This document shows, one piece after another, positions 1 through 13,186 of a stretch of DNA of 64,000 nucleotides. The position numbers and the translations under genes are program-made. The notes below the pieces were generated by a model, which did not search any database, had not been told where the DNA came from, and saw nothing but the letters and a program-made list of their open reading frames with translations. Each line of letters starts with the position of its first letter. Position 1 is the stretch's first letter. The stretch comes from Eledone cirrhosa (taxonomy: Eukaryota), in assembly GCA_964016885.1 (NCBI GenBank), contig OZ024740.1:134540001-134604000 (forward strand). Direction: 5' to 3'.

Positions 1-354
1 GTTACTTACGCCTGTTTCTCTCTATCTGTTCCGTCTCTATATATATCTCTCTTACTCTTTCGCTTTGCACTCCTCCCCTTCAATACCATCTCTCCCCCTC
101 TCTATATATTTGTTACTCTATCGCTGCACGCTCCTCTCCTTCAATATATCAATTACACACTTACGCTTCACACTCCTTTATCCCCAGCGCCCCTATATAT
201 ACACCACCCCCCGATTCTATATTTTAATGTTCCGTTGCACCGTGAATATATGTGTCTATATATATATACACATATATTGTATATATACATTCATGTATGT
301 GTATACACACTCATGTATGTATATACACTGGTTTTATGTGTGTATTGTAAATTT

Positions 355-465
355 GTACTGTTAAAACACGAAACTAACATTCGATTGACACTTTGATTAC
401 CTGTACAGGCAATAGTTATTAGAATGCTGTTGAAGTGTGTATATATTTTGGGGGGACATCCTGTA
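355..465 (-). mobile_element. Tc1/mariner-like terminal fragment
   Basis: Minus strand begins TACAGGATGTCCCCCCAAAA, resembling TA-CAGGGTGTCCC Tc1/mariner TIRs; partner end not seen. Confidence 0.4.
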
Positions 466-1244
466 TATACACACATTATATATAATACAATAAACAGATA
501 AATACACACATATATATATGAGCTTATTTAATTATAAATATTGTGAATTTTTAACTCAGTTCAATTATATATATAAATGGCTTCTACAGGACTAGAACTG
601 TTTCATTCGAAAGAAATCATCATAATATTGAGAGGGGGGACTAGATAAAATATTTCAAATCAAATGTGTATAAGTTATAAGTTAAAATGTATAAATAGAG
701 ACGATAGTGGAGGTATATCTGTTTAGTGGAACAGTAGACGATAGAATTAAATACAGACGAGAATCTCCCTTTAATGAAACAGCAGACGATAGAATTAAGG
801 CAATTTAAATTTTAAGCATTTGCATTTTTGCCTTTCATCGTTACGGGGTCGATAAAATAAAGTACCAGTAATACACTGTCACTATAAGTAGACGACTTTC
901 AAATTGAATTGTTGGTTCCATTTCTTTAGTATTTTCAATTGTAGTTATCTACTTAAAAAGCGTTACACGGTTAGAGACATAATTGGTAAGTTATATCTTC
1001 CCTATTAAACCATTGCATTATTTCGCCTACAATAGAACAAAAATGAAATGTTCTTTAAAGAAACAGGAATATAACTTTATAAAAAAAAAAGTTGCATCCG
1101 CTTCTTTTATCATTGATAATTTTTTCGTTTTAATATTAATTGTTTTTTGTAGTTGTTTATATTAAAAATCTTACTGTAATATTTACTTAAACGAAGGCAG
1201 ACATCTAAACTTATTGATTAATCTTGAGCGAAGGACTAGATAAA

Positions 1245-1299
<55 letters not shown>

Positions 1300-1303
<4 letters not shown>

Positions 1304-1513
1304 GAAGAATGATAACATTTCAAGCAAAGAGTTTAATTAGGTAATGACTTACAAATTTGTTTCAGTATATATTTAATATAATATTAATATATTTTGTAAT
1401 ATTATTAACTAATTATTATAATTAGCGCTTCAGGCTTTGTCTATATACTGAAACAAATTTGTAAGTCATTACCTAATTAAACTCTTTGCTTGAAATTGTA
1501 TCACTCTTCGTTT
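1300..1513. repeat. ~72-bp inverted repeat (fold-back) between (TA)n tracts, Penelope pLTR-like
   Basis: 1300-1371 is the reverse complement of ~1442-1513 with few mismatches; contains GAAA-CAAATTTG-TA. Confidence 0.85.
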
Positions 1514-1733
1514 TGAATTTCTCCTAAGTATTCAATACTCTGTTGAGAAATACATTTTACATAAACAGTCTTTGTACCATTTATACGGTATTAATTACTT
1601 ATATCTATATATATATATATATAGCGTATGATTAGAACTGTGTTTATTATTAATATTTTAATGGATTTAATGAAAAATTTTAGGTGTTCATATATATATT
1701 CTAAAAATGCGCGAAATCGTGAATCCGCGATAG

Positions 1734-2381
1734 TTGAACCGCCAAGTAGCGAGGTATCACTGTATATATGTTTATATATATAGTGTAGCTGTGATGTATC
1801 TCGCGAGTGAATCGAGACCTGTCACTGATTTTGGTGTCCCCACTGCCGATGTGAATGAGCAACGCTGCACTTGTGAATTGGGTCTTGATGTTGCAGGCAG
1901 TTCATATACTTACAATGATGCGGTCCCACAAGCTTGTTCACATTCCTGTGCTAATAATCTAGATGGGCGTATTAAATTGGATGTGAAAGCAGCTTACCGG
2001 ATGCGGAATCGGGAGAAGTTGAGACAAAAACAGGCCGATTATAGAGCTGTGAATTTTGCTAAATTAACACAAAAACAGGCCAAGTATAGATGTTCAAAAC
2101 GGTATGAGTTGGCAAACAAGCAGGCCAAGTATAGATCTGCAAATTCAGCTATTATATCTCAAAAGCAAGCCGAGCGTAGAGCTTCTAAACGTACCGAGTT
2201 GGCTAAAGAGCAGACCAAGTACAGATCTGCAAATCAAGACAAAGTATTACAAACAAAGGCTATGTATAACATTCACCATAAAGATAATATACAGTCTTAT
2301 GAGAAAACATACTATAAAAAAAAGTTTCTTCATAAGCGGTCTTTGTATCAAATGAAGAAACTAAATAAAATGTTTAACTAG
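1734..2381 (+). other. ORF with 15-aa (45-bp) basic helical repeats, probably transposon-derived (Helitron-like?)
   Basis: CAGGCC/CAAGCC/CAGACC at 2031, 2076, 2121, 2166, 2211; repeat consensus KQAKYRSAN; no start context or domain recognised. Confidence 0.4.
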
Positions 2382-2415
2382 AGTTATTACAAGCGTTGCC
2401 TTAAAAAAATATTAA

Positions 2416-3370
2416 ACTAGACATGAAAAATGCGCAAGCTCAAAAGTGCCACAGAATGTTATAATAAACCTTCAAAAGTGTGGGACTAGAGTTGTTGCTA
2501 AAAAATATTGTAATCATTATATATCGTACATTCTGTGGCATCCTTTATAAAAATAGCTTAAACCAACGAAGCCTTTATTTTTACGCTATTTCACTTAGTT
2601 AATTCTTAGAGTGTAACATATAAAAATATGATTTACAACTATAAAATAAATTAATTAATATAATAACAGCTGCGGAGCTGAAATTTAGGAAATAATGGAG
2701 TATCGGATCCTGAGTTGGAGCCAGTCAATTTTTGGCCGACTCCGCAGCCCTGTATAATACATTTCATATTAAAGTTATTAATAAACCTATTTTACACTGC
2801 ATGCAAATTACCATGAGATATTGATATTAGATATAAGATACAGCGCAATATCTACAGCTGTAAAAGTACGAAAGCGAAGTAATAATAAGTGGCTTAAGGT
2901 AATTCCAATATGAAAGTTTGTAGTGATAAAAATTTGATAATGCAATACGATTGTTAATATTATAGTTCTATGAAAATGTAACAATAGATAACTAAATTAT
3001 TTTACTATTAGTATATTTAAGAAATTATCATTATAGATTTGATCGTTCATATAAGCATCATATTAATTTTCAACACAATTATTTTGTTACTATGAGTATA
3101 TGATAATTATATTACGTAATTATTTATAGCTGTTATTACATTAAACATAGATGTATTTATTTTTATATGTTACACTCTAAGAATTAACTAAGTGAAATAG
3201 CGTAAAAATAAAGGCTTCGTTGGTTTAAGCTATTTTTATAAAGGATGCCACAGAATGTACGATATATAATGATTACAATATTTTTTAGCAACAACTCTAG
3301 TCCCACACTTTTGAAGGTTTATTATAACATTCTGTGGCACTTTTGAGCTTGCGCATTTTTCATGTCTAGT
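2416..3370. mobile_element. Fold-back element with ~212-bp terminal inverted repeats ending ACTAG...CTAGT
   Basis: 2416-2627 matches the reverse complement of 3158-3370 apparently perfectly; AT-rich spacer holds a hAT-like end (GACTCCGCAGCCCTG, ~2738-2752). Confidence 0.8.
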
Positions 3371-3425
3371 ATATATATATATATTATATATATATTTTAC
3401 ATATATTATATATATTTATATATAT

Positions 3426-3491
<66 letters not shown>

Positions 3492-3600
3492 ATTATATAT
3501 ATATATTATATATATATATATATATTATATATATATATTATATATATATATATATTATATATATATATTATATATATATATATATATTATATATATATAT

Positions 3601-3632
<32 letters not shown>

Positions 3633-3653
3633 ATTATATATATATATATATAT

Positions 3654-3685
<32 letters not shown>

Positions 3686-3883
3686 ATTATATATATATAT
3701 ATATATTATATATATATATTATATATATATATATATATTATATATATATATATATTATATATATATATATATTATATATATATATATTATATATATATAT
3801 ATATATTATATATATATATATATTATATATATATATATATTATATATATATATATATTATATATTATATATATATATATATAT

Positions 3884-3915
<32 letters not shown>

Positions 3916-4060
3916 ATTATACATATATATATATTATATATATATATTATATATATATATATTATATATATATATATATTATATATATATATATATATTA
4001 TATATATATATATATTATATATATATTATATATATATTTTACATATATTATATATATTTA

Positions 4061-4124
<64 letters not shown>

Positions 4125-4127
4125 TAT
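3370..4127. repeat. Long compound (TA)n microsatellite with TT interruptions
   Basis: Direct reading; produces the spurious IY-repeat ORFs. Confidence 0.97.
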
Positions 4128-7020
4128 AAAAGAGAAAACACGGGTAAGCATTAAGAGAAGGATTTTATCCAGGTATTTACGACCGTTTCATTGGTAAGTG
4201 CAACCTTATATTGCTATATTGCAAATAGCAGCCACTCAATTATAATTGTTGTTCACGTCCAAATTTTCAAAATAGTGAGTAAGTTACTCTTGAAATAGTT
4301 CTTAATATATAGAGAAAAATTTTGGGGGAATTGTATTTACTAGTATAGAGAGAGAGCGAGAGGAATTAGAAAGTAAGGGGACAAATGGAATAGTATAGAG
4401 AGAGAGGAAGGGGGAGAAGAGTTAAGAAGTAGAGTGACAAACTGAGATGGAGGGAGGGGTAGAGGTGGAAGGATTCGTTGATCAGTTTTGATACGTAGAC
4501 TTCTTGTCGTCGAATGTAGTGAGTTAAAGAGAATTAAATTGATCATAGTGGGAGGGATGGATAGAGAGAGAGAGGGGGGAATATAAAGAGATAAATATAT
4601 ATATAAAAAATAAAGATAAAAATAATAATGTTAAAAATAAAAGTAAAGAAGGGGGGAGAAAGAAGAAAAGAAAAGATGGCCAAAAAGGGGAGGGAAGAAA
4701 GGAAGAAAACGAAAAGAAATAGAAGAGGAATGAAGGAGAAGGGAGGGATATAGGTATTGGTTTTTGTGGGTAATTAAGTGGGGTTAGATACAATAAGAGG
4801 GTATAAAGTCTAAGTATATGCAGTTTGTCAGTTGGTAGTAAGAGGTTAAGGGTTCGATTTGCACTTGCAGTGTGAAAACTTTTCTTTGAGTCTATGGTTA
4901 CAATAAATTGATCTTTCGATTTTATTGTTGAGTAACTTAATCTTAGAACTCAAAATGTGGAACAGCTCGAGGTCACATAATCGACAGCTTCTCATACCAC
5001 TCCGATATAGGGGCGCGTTCGATAATTTTTTCCACTTCAGGGTGTATTGATGGTTACTTTCCCTCGGTTGCCAGGTCTTGTTTGCAAGGGTAGTTATATA
5101 ACGATGCTGGGAATGTTTCATTGCGTAACGGTGTGTATACCAACGGGCTTTAAATGTATTCCCAGTCGCTCCGATGTAATACCATTTCTGGTTGTCTGAT
5201 TCCACTGTGCATTGGTAAACCAGGTTAGACTGCATACATTCATTATGTAATGGACAGGTTTCAGGTAGGTGCCAGTTACAAATTTTGTCATGGGCAGCTT
5301 TGGCATTATTGGTGGGCTGCAATGACTGTACAAGTCTGTTACGTTTTGTTTGCCTATTAGTGAGTGGTTGTGTATTAGATATTCTGTTGTGTTCAATGGT
5401 GATTGTATTGTTATAAAATTGTGTTCTGGTGTTATGTATCTTTTTAGCGTTAAGCATCTTAATGTGTACCTCTATATTTGGTGCCGTGGAGTAAGATAGT
5501 CTAATAGATTTAGTGTTAAGGATTTTGCTGTATCTATGTGAATCTGGAAAGTGCTTATTTATTATTCTAAAGAAGGTAGAGGGTAGGTTAGTACTAATAG
5601 AGGTGTTAAATATAGGGTTATACCAAATATATTTTCTACTGCGTGACTTGTTTGATTTCGATGTTGTATTTCTATTTACCGTATAATTTGTAGTTCTATG
5701 CGTAAATGCGTGTGTGCGTGTGTTTCTGGAGTTTGTGTTAGGCGTGTTCGTGTGCGCTTTGCGGAGGCTTTCATCTATATATTCTACTCTATCTAAGTGG
5801 CCTGCCTTGTTTAGTGCGGTATTGTAGTATTCTACATATTCCTCGAAGATTTGTCAGTTAGACGAGAGGCGGGAGATCCTAAGGGATATGCTGCGTGGAA
5901 TGGATTTAATTATGGATAGTGGGTGGTTTGAGTTACAGTTGATGTATGCTAAGTTTTCATTAATCTTGTGAAAAGGTCTTATAAGTCCCGTATTTAGGTT
6001 AAGCGTCGCGTCTAGAAAGTTAACTGTTTTAGTGCTATACTCATACGTTATGCTAAGGCCTAGTTTCCCGAGAGTCTTTCTAATATTCTTACGGAGTCTT
6101 TCTATGCTCTGGTTATTTAGGTTCTTAACTAGGAGAAGGGCGTCGTCTCTGTAGATTCCACCGTGAAGGTCGCTAAACTCACACTGTAAACTATGGGCTA
6201 TGTAAATACCTACTAAATCTGTGACTTGAGCCGAGTCGTTAGCCCCCATCGTGATGTCAAAGTTATTTAATCTATCCTTACGTTCCCAATAGGCGTTTTA
6301 AAATTTAATTATTGTTTTCCTAGCAGCTAATATGATTTTTATCTCGTCGTCTGTTATGTCAGAATTGGCTTTGGCGAATGCTAAGGCTTTATCCAAGGTG
6401 TTGGGGGATATAGAGGAGTAGTAGTCGTTAATGTCAAATTGTATAAATTTAGATACTTTTTTGTTAGCTATATTGTTAAACCACTTAATTGTTTCTGTAG
6501 CGTTACCCCATAGTTTAATCACTAGTTTATACTTCATTTGTGCTATCACTCTGTCTAATATATGTTTACGAATTTTCCCGATGTCCGATTTGGACTGGCA
6601 TATAAGTCTAATTGTGGGGTTATAATCAAAATTTACCTTGTGGTCCTTGAGATTAAATGTGGGGGTACATGGCCTAAGTGGCTCCGTTCTGTCGTCTATT
6701 CCTAGGTGTTTGACTATATTGTGTGCCTCGTTGTTGATGTTTATCAGTGCCGCCTCATTAGTTTTTTTGTATTTCCTATGTAATTCTTTCCGTATGAAGC
6801 TATTGTATGTATTAACATCCATCGTATACACATTTGAGGTTTTGTCCGCTTTGACAATAATTCCATTGATAGTTTACAGCTTTTTTAGGAATGTATTTAT
6901 GTCATTCTGTACTGCTGTATTGCAGTATAGCAATATAAGGTTGCACTTACCAATGAAACGGTCGTAAATACCTGGATAAAATCCTTCTCTTAATGCTTAC
7001 CTGTGTTTTCTCTTTTATAC
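4125..7020 (-). mobile_element. Decayed Penelope-like retroelement (RT + GIY-YIG endonuclease) with inverted pLTR fragment at its 5' side
   Basis: RT motifs FIQFDINDYYSSI, MGANDSAQVTDLVG, YRDD, VNFLDATLNL, NSNHP; GIY-YIG LVYQC..YIGATGNTFKARWYTH, CRLCDLE; stops/frameshifts; 4125-4231 inverted copy of ~6912-7019. Confidence 0.92.
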
Positions 7021-7525
7021 TTTATTCTCCAAGATTGAACGGAATTCTTACAAACTTGTGGAGTTACCCCTAACCGTACGTTGAAACCGTCCATGAAACT
7101 GGCTTTCTTAACCACGAAATGGATTCTGGGTTGTCTCTTCTTTTTTGCCACAACACATTTTCATAATTAATTGTTCTTTCAATTATCTTCGCTTAATTTT
7201 GTAATTATCTCTGCTGAGATAATGATTTCTGATATTCATTGTTTGAATGGTAAGGTGAATAATAGAGCTAATCTCTTAAAAGCCAAAATTAGTGAATTTC
7301 TATTCAAGCTTGAGGTTACTTCATTTCTTTTACATTTGAATAAAGGTCTTTGAAAATTCATGCTTCATAAAGAATTCCATTCTCCACTTCGCTCTGAGGG
7401 TCATTATCTTGTACCTAAATACGAAATAATAACTACATAGCGTAACACCAATTTATTTTCGGCCTATCACTCTCTCACACACTTATATGTGTGTGCGTAT
7501 GAGAACGTGGACACACACACACACA

Positions 7526-7583
<58 letters not shown>

Positions 7584-7585
7584 TA

Positions 7586-7629
<44 letters not shown>

Positions 7630-7666
7630 TATATACTTATGTATATGCATATAGACATATGTAAAC

Positions 7667-7804
7667 CAATGGCGAAGGGTAACCTGGAAAGCAGGGCATG
7701 CAGTCCAATCGCCATGGCGGAAAGTGGGGTTGTGCAGCCTTACCCCCCCCCCCCCCCAATTCCCTCTAAATGACCCTCCCGGTCAAAGCCGCATTTAGTG
7801 TTAT

Positions 7805-7864
<60 letters not shown>

Positions 7865-7990
7865 CTTTTTATGTGTCTACGATTTAGTAAGCAACCAAAA
7901 TTCTGCTTGCTTCAACCGACGCAATTGATCAACTCAAGATTCTATAACGCATGCAGTGCATGCGTTGCATGCACGCACCCTTCGCTCCTG
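7667..7990. mobile_element. Possible hAT-like MITE interrupted by (GT)n
   Basis: CAATGGCGAAGGGT at left versus ACCCTTCGCTCCTG at right, imperfect TIRs. Confidence 0.35.
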
Positions 7991-8749
7991 ATGTAAACAT
8001 ATATATGCAAATACATATATATATATGCAAATATATGTATATGTATGTGCAAACAAATGTATATGAAAATATGCATACATATATAGACATATATATATGT
8101 GCGTGTGTAAACATGTATATACATATATATATATACACACATATATACACTTATATAAGCATATATTTTCACATATATGCACATATACGTGGCCACTGAA
8201 AAACTTGTTCGTTTTTAATTTTTTTTATTTTCGTTTTTTGAGCAAACTGAGGACGTTAAAACGGAGTGAAGACTATTCAGTTCGGCAGTTTCTTCTTCGG
8301 CTATTAAATGCTGCGGGCGAAAACGCCTCGGTATGATACCGAGCAACAGAAGAACCCCTTGATTCAATCATGAGGTTAAAGACGCCATCTGTGCAAAGAA
8401 GTGGGGCTTACAAAGCTTAGCTTGAAAATAAGTTTTGCTTCTGGTACTTGCAGTACAAGGAGGCACAAATATTCACAACTGAGTCGGTAAAGTCGTCCAA
8501 AATCAAGACATAAGAGGGCTTTTAGGAATAGTCTCAATTGTGTTAAAGGATTGGTCAAACGTTCAGATAAGAGTGGGAAGGGAGGAAATGTAAGCTAGAG
8601 ACAATTGCTATCTGGTAAAGGGGCGTAGGCTTATAGTGTACTACTGCCAAGCAGAGAAGGGTTTTTTCACTAAAGACAATCAATTGGTAAAAACCATTAA
8701 TCTGGATACCTAAATATGGAATGTTAGGCGATGCCCCCCCCCCCCCACA

Positions 8750-8925
8750 GCTCCGGCGGACAGGATGGAGAAGGCGTTCCCACGGAGGACAGCAGGGAAG
8801 GCACGCTGGAAAAGCCACTCCAACTCGCGGGGTTCACACCTGCGGCTGGCTAGCTCAGCGCCTATGGTGGTGAGTAGGGAGGTAGCCCTAGGGCCGAGGA
8901 CACCAGAAGTCTCCACTGCCAGGGG
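8750..8925 (-). mobile_element. 3'-terminal fragment of an RLE-type (CRE-like) non-LTR retrotransposon
   Basis: ETSGVLGP...WLFQRAFPAVLRGNA matches the E..G..G / QR.S.A..RGNA C-terminal motif. Confidence 0.75.
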
Positions 8926-10025
8926 TTTGAGTTTAAGCTGGAATCCTACTTTAGATTAGCAAATAAAGAATATAATTTAACCAGTAAAATGAAAAATGTA
9001 TGAAAAGATGAAAATTACTGAAGAATTGTCGTGGTAAGCATTAATACTCCTGGAGAAAGAATAAATGTCAAAGCTTCTTATTTACTCTCATTTAAATAAT
9101 TTCCGGTCTCGTGCATGTGTTATTTTGCTAGCCCTGTTGCGTTACTGAAGACGGTTTCTCAAGATTAGCTTGTGTCACATTTCTGACAGAAATATCTTTG
9201 AATTACCTCCAGCATTTCTTTATTTCTTTATTTATTCACGTAGTTGACACATCTCTTTCGTAATATCTTCTTCATATTCTGACAGAAAAGAAATTCTAAC
9301 TATCAATAGGCAGTCTTCGAAGCCTAACTGTTGTTAGGAACGAAAAAACCTAAAATAGTTATTTGAAATAATAATGTTATAATAGTTATAATGTTATAAT
9401 GTTAAAATAGTTATTTGAAATAATAATGCTTTGTAAAAAATATGAAAAGAAAGTATGGGCAAAGAATATGGGAACTATATCTTCATACAGTTACAGTCAT
9501 ATTCTCACTACTATGTATATTGCTTCACCATTTCTTCTAACTATATGTTCACATAAATACTGGAGAATATATCAAAGCAATTGGCTTCAAACAAGTCTTA
9601 AAACTGACGTGTTCTATCGTAAGTGTATGTGTGTGCTTCTACAACAATCTGCAAAACAAGAAACTTCTACTTGACTTTGCACATAATTTATTCTAGGCTG
9701 GTTGTCCTCCTCCTTGATCTTAAAAACCAGCGCTTCACATACACATTTTTTTTTAATTAGAAATCATGCAATACAGCATTAATAACCTAAACCAATGTAT
9801 GAAAATAAAAACCTCTCATTACGCTCGACATCACATTTCAATTGTTCGTGAAACATTTTTGTCAAAATAACAGAGCACCTCAAATTCCTACCTACACTCT
9901 AATAAGGAATGACAAGCCAAACCACGCTACATGTTATAGATAGCATTAACGACACTCAAACGTTAATAGGTAATGGCAGGGGACTAAACATTCAAGTATT
10001 GAAGATGTTGCTGCTGTTGTTGCTG

Positions 10026-10062
<37 letters not shown>

Positions 10063-11350
10063 CACATCTGTTACTATTGCTCTAGTTTCTTTGCTATATA
10101 GATACTGCAACACATACATCCTACAAAATAATTGTAGACACATCCAAATAGCATATCCCACAAGGCAACATAAAAAATACAAGACCAAGTGGACAACCGA
10201 AATAGCCATCTTGATAAAAACTTGAAAACAGACACCAAATCAACACATTTTAAAAAGTCTAAATAAGGAAATGGCAAAAATGTAAACCAAAGAAAAACTT
10301 GCAAAGGATACTATACAGCATAAATTACAAAATAAGTAGTAAAGCTCTACACGATGTAATTAGTAACAATATCAACAAAAACAACCAAACCAAATAACGA
10401 CAACATCAATGAGTCTTTACAATTTTTAAGACGGTGGTGTGTAATTTGAGGAAATATGTCTATTTTAAGCATGTTGAACACTACTTAGATACTTCCATTG
10501 GCTCATGTTTTGTATGTCCCAGGAAAATAACAGGATGATCACGACATTTTCTCATAAGGCACTTCGATCAGAGCTGGCCTGGGGTTAAATAACAGCAACA
10601 ATCGACTGAAAATAACACATACCAAATCCATTGCTTTCTCTCTTACCAGCAACACCAGAGACTTTCCATCTAATCAGTGCATTCAACATACGCACCCAAG
10701 GTTAAAGTATAAAGAATTACATGCATGTCTATAATATTCACAGAAAACTGAGGCATTAACATAGTAGATTACCCACAGATGCTAACAGAACGAAACCACA
10801 ACAGTAGTGTACAAATCATACATTAGGTTCACGGCGGATTATGCCGACCCTCCCTGCAGTCCTTAATATCTCCACAATATGCTCTAATAAACAACTATGT
10901 ACTGAAACAATACATTAAGTATCGTATCAGATTGTACACAGACCACATAGAAATATGAAAGGCACAGTTTATTTTCACAGCAAGCTTCAAAACCCAGTTT
11001 CTGAAAAACTACCATCAAACACCCAATATCATATATAACACTCCAGAACACTACCAAAGCAGCATTTTAAAAATACTATCTCTCCCATTCAGTCCAGAAA
11101 AATGAAAAATAAAAAACAGAAGAAAAAAAACTCAAAACTAACAGCAGCTTCAAAAACAGCATTAGGTTTCACGCCCTCCATCACCAACGATAAATGCAGA
11201 AAAACTCACTCTGGCCGAATCCATCATTTCTGCTATGGACAGCACTAGAATCTACAGGTATACAGAAATAAACTCAACGGAAGTGCGAGTACAACATGAG
11301 CTGCCATACACTGCACGTTTTACCATTGACCACTGCATGTCAAGATAAAG

Positions 11351-11485
<135 letters not shown>

Positions 11486-12189
11486 TAGCATTATCATTCA
11501 ACGTTCTAAAATCAAATCCTACTCAGATCATTGTTGTCTTAACTCTGTTGTGTCGATAAAATAAATACAGGCTGTGTACTGAACTGTATTCTGTCTACTA
11601 TACACCTCCCTTACAAATATATATCTTATATTCATTGTAAGAAATCGTTGTTATTCCAGTTGGGTGTGGTGTGCCACATGAATAAAAATATAAACTTCAG
11701 AATATTTGAAGCAGTGGTGTGATAGTTATTTTACTGTCCTTACGAAGCCTGCAACCACAGAAAAAGTATGGAAATGAAAATTCCAATTTTTCTTCCCCTA
11801 AAATAAAGAAGTCTTGTGCCCCATGCAAAAAGAAACCAACATTTCAGTGATGGCGGTGTAGCATTTAATTTTCATAAACTGAGATCCGTGGTCAGTTCCC
11901 ATTTGAAAAAAACTGAGAATAATTTCGATAGCCATTCTAAATTTCTTTGAAAATGAATGAACATTTACAAACACAGCTACTAATAAAGAAATATATTAAA
12001 ACAATGTTATCTCTGATCGAGACGAAGAGAGAGTGTGTTTCAATACATATAAATAGGAGAAAACTCACCGCTAGGACAGCCGTTAAAACATCTAAATGCT
12101 GTCAAAGACAGCGATGGGCAAAAATGCCTCAGAGGACAGAGACCAGCGGCCAATGGTTAACAGAAAGACAATCCACATCTACCTATCTC

Positions 12190-13002
12190 CCACCTTGTGG
12201 ATTGTCTCTCTGTTGACCATCGCTCTCTTTGACGGCATTTAGCTGTTTTAACAGATCGCGTTCTCGTCGGTGAGGTTCTCAGCCAGACGGCTGAACCTGA
12301 CGTGGCCTCTGAGATGGAACAGGCTCTGGCCTACTGGACAGGCGAAGGCCTCTCTGTCCCCCAGTATGCTACGGTACAACGTAACTGGGACGACATCAAT
12401 TGGAGGTCTTCTGTCAGGCGGATCGAGTCTGGTTTGGACCAACACCACCTCACCTGCCTCCACTCCGCTTCTCAGCCCAAAAGCGACGTGTGGCATAATT
12501 CGGTGCCCTCCTCATCAACTGGTCTCCTTCTTGATGATAAGTGCACTCGCATCGGAGTAGCCGAACGCCTTGGCCTCCGCGTGTGTGAGCCACATAAATG
12601 TCGCTGCGGGGCGGTTGTTGACAAGTTCGGCCTGCACCCTCTGTCTTGCCGCCAGAACGCAGGCCGGTTCCCCCGACACGCCGCTCTCAACGACATGCTG
12701 AGGAGCCTGGACGCCGTTGGCTTCCATCTCAACTGGAGCCAGCAGGCCTATACCGCGGTGATGGCAAACGCCCCGACGGACTAACCCTCTTCCTATTCGA
12801 AGGAGGTAGATCCTTGATCTGGGATACCACTTGCTGCGACACGTTCTCCGCCTCCAACTTAGTCGCTTCGGCCGCAAACCCCGGCATTGCGGCCCGCCTC
12901 TCAGAAGAACGTAAAATAAACAAATACCGGGATTTGTCCGGCCGCTTCCTCTTCGCACCGGTCACCGTCGAGACCGTAGGCGTACTTGGACCCCGTACAG
13001 CT
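12190..13002 (+). mobile_element. Fragment of RLE-type (CRE-like) non-LTR retrotransposon: CCHC finger plus restriction-like endonuclease
   Basis: CRCGAVVDKFGLHPLSC...RFPRHAALND; frameshift; EPAGLYRGDGKRPDGLTL...LIWDTTC. Confidence 0.85.
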
Positions 13003-13027
13003 GAGCTGTACGGGGTCCAAGTATTAT

Positions 13028-13133
13028 TAATCCCACCGAGGTTAACTTTGCCTTTTATCCTTACGGGGTCGATAAAATAAAGTACCAGTAATACACTGAG
13101 ATAATTGCGGGCCTTGTGCCAAATGTAGAAACA

Positions 13134-13182
<49 letters not shown>
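13028..13182 (+). mobile_element. tRNA-derived SINE, 5'-truncated, with (TTA)n tail
   Basis: GCCTTT.ATCCTTACGGGGTCGATAAAATAAAGTACCAGT core, repeated many times in the window. Confidence 0.9.

Positions 13183-13186
<4 letters not shown>

Noticed and set aside
585-625. Minus-strand ATGATGA-TTTCTTTCGAAT-GAAA-CAGTTCTA, hammerhead-like
   Set aside because: At least three departures from the core and stems; at best a dead PLE remnant
3362-4197. Long IY-repeat ORFs (and HT/CV ORFs at 7.5, 11.3, 27.7 kb)
   Set aside because: Translations of dinucleotide microsatellites
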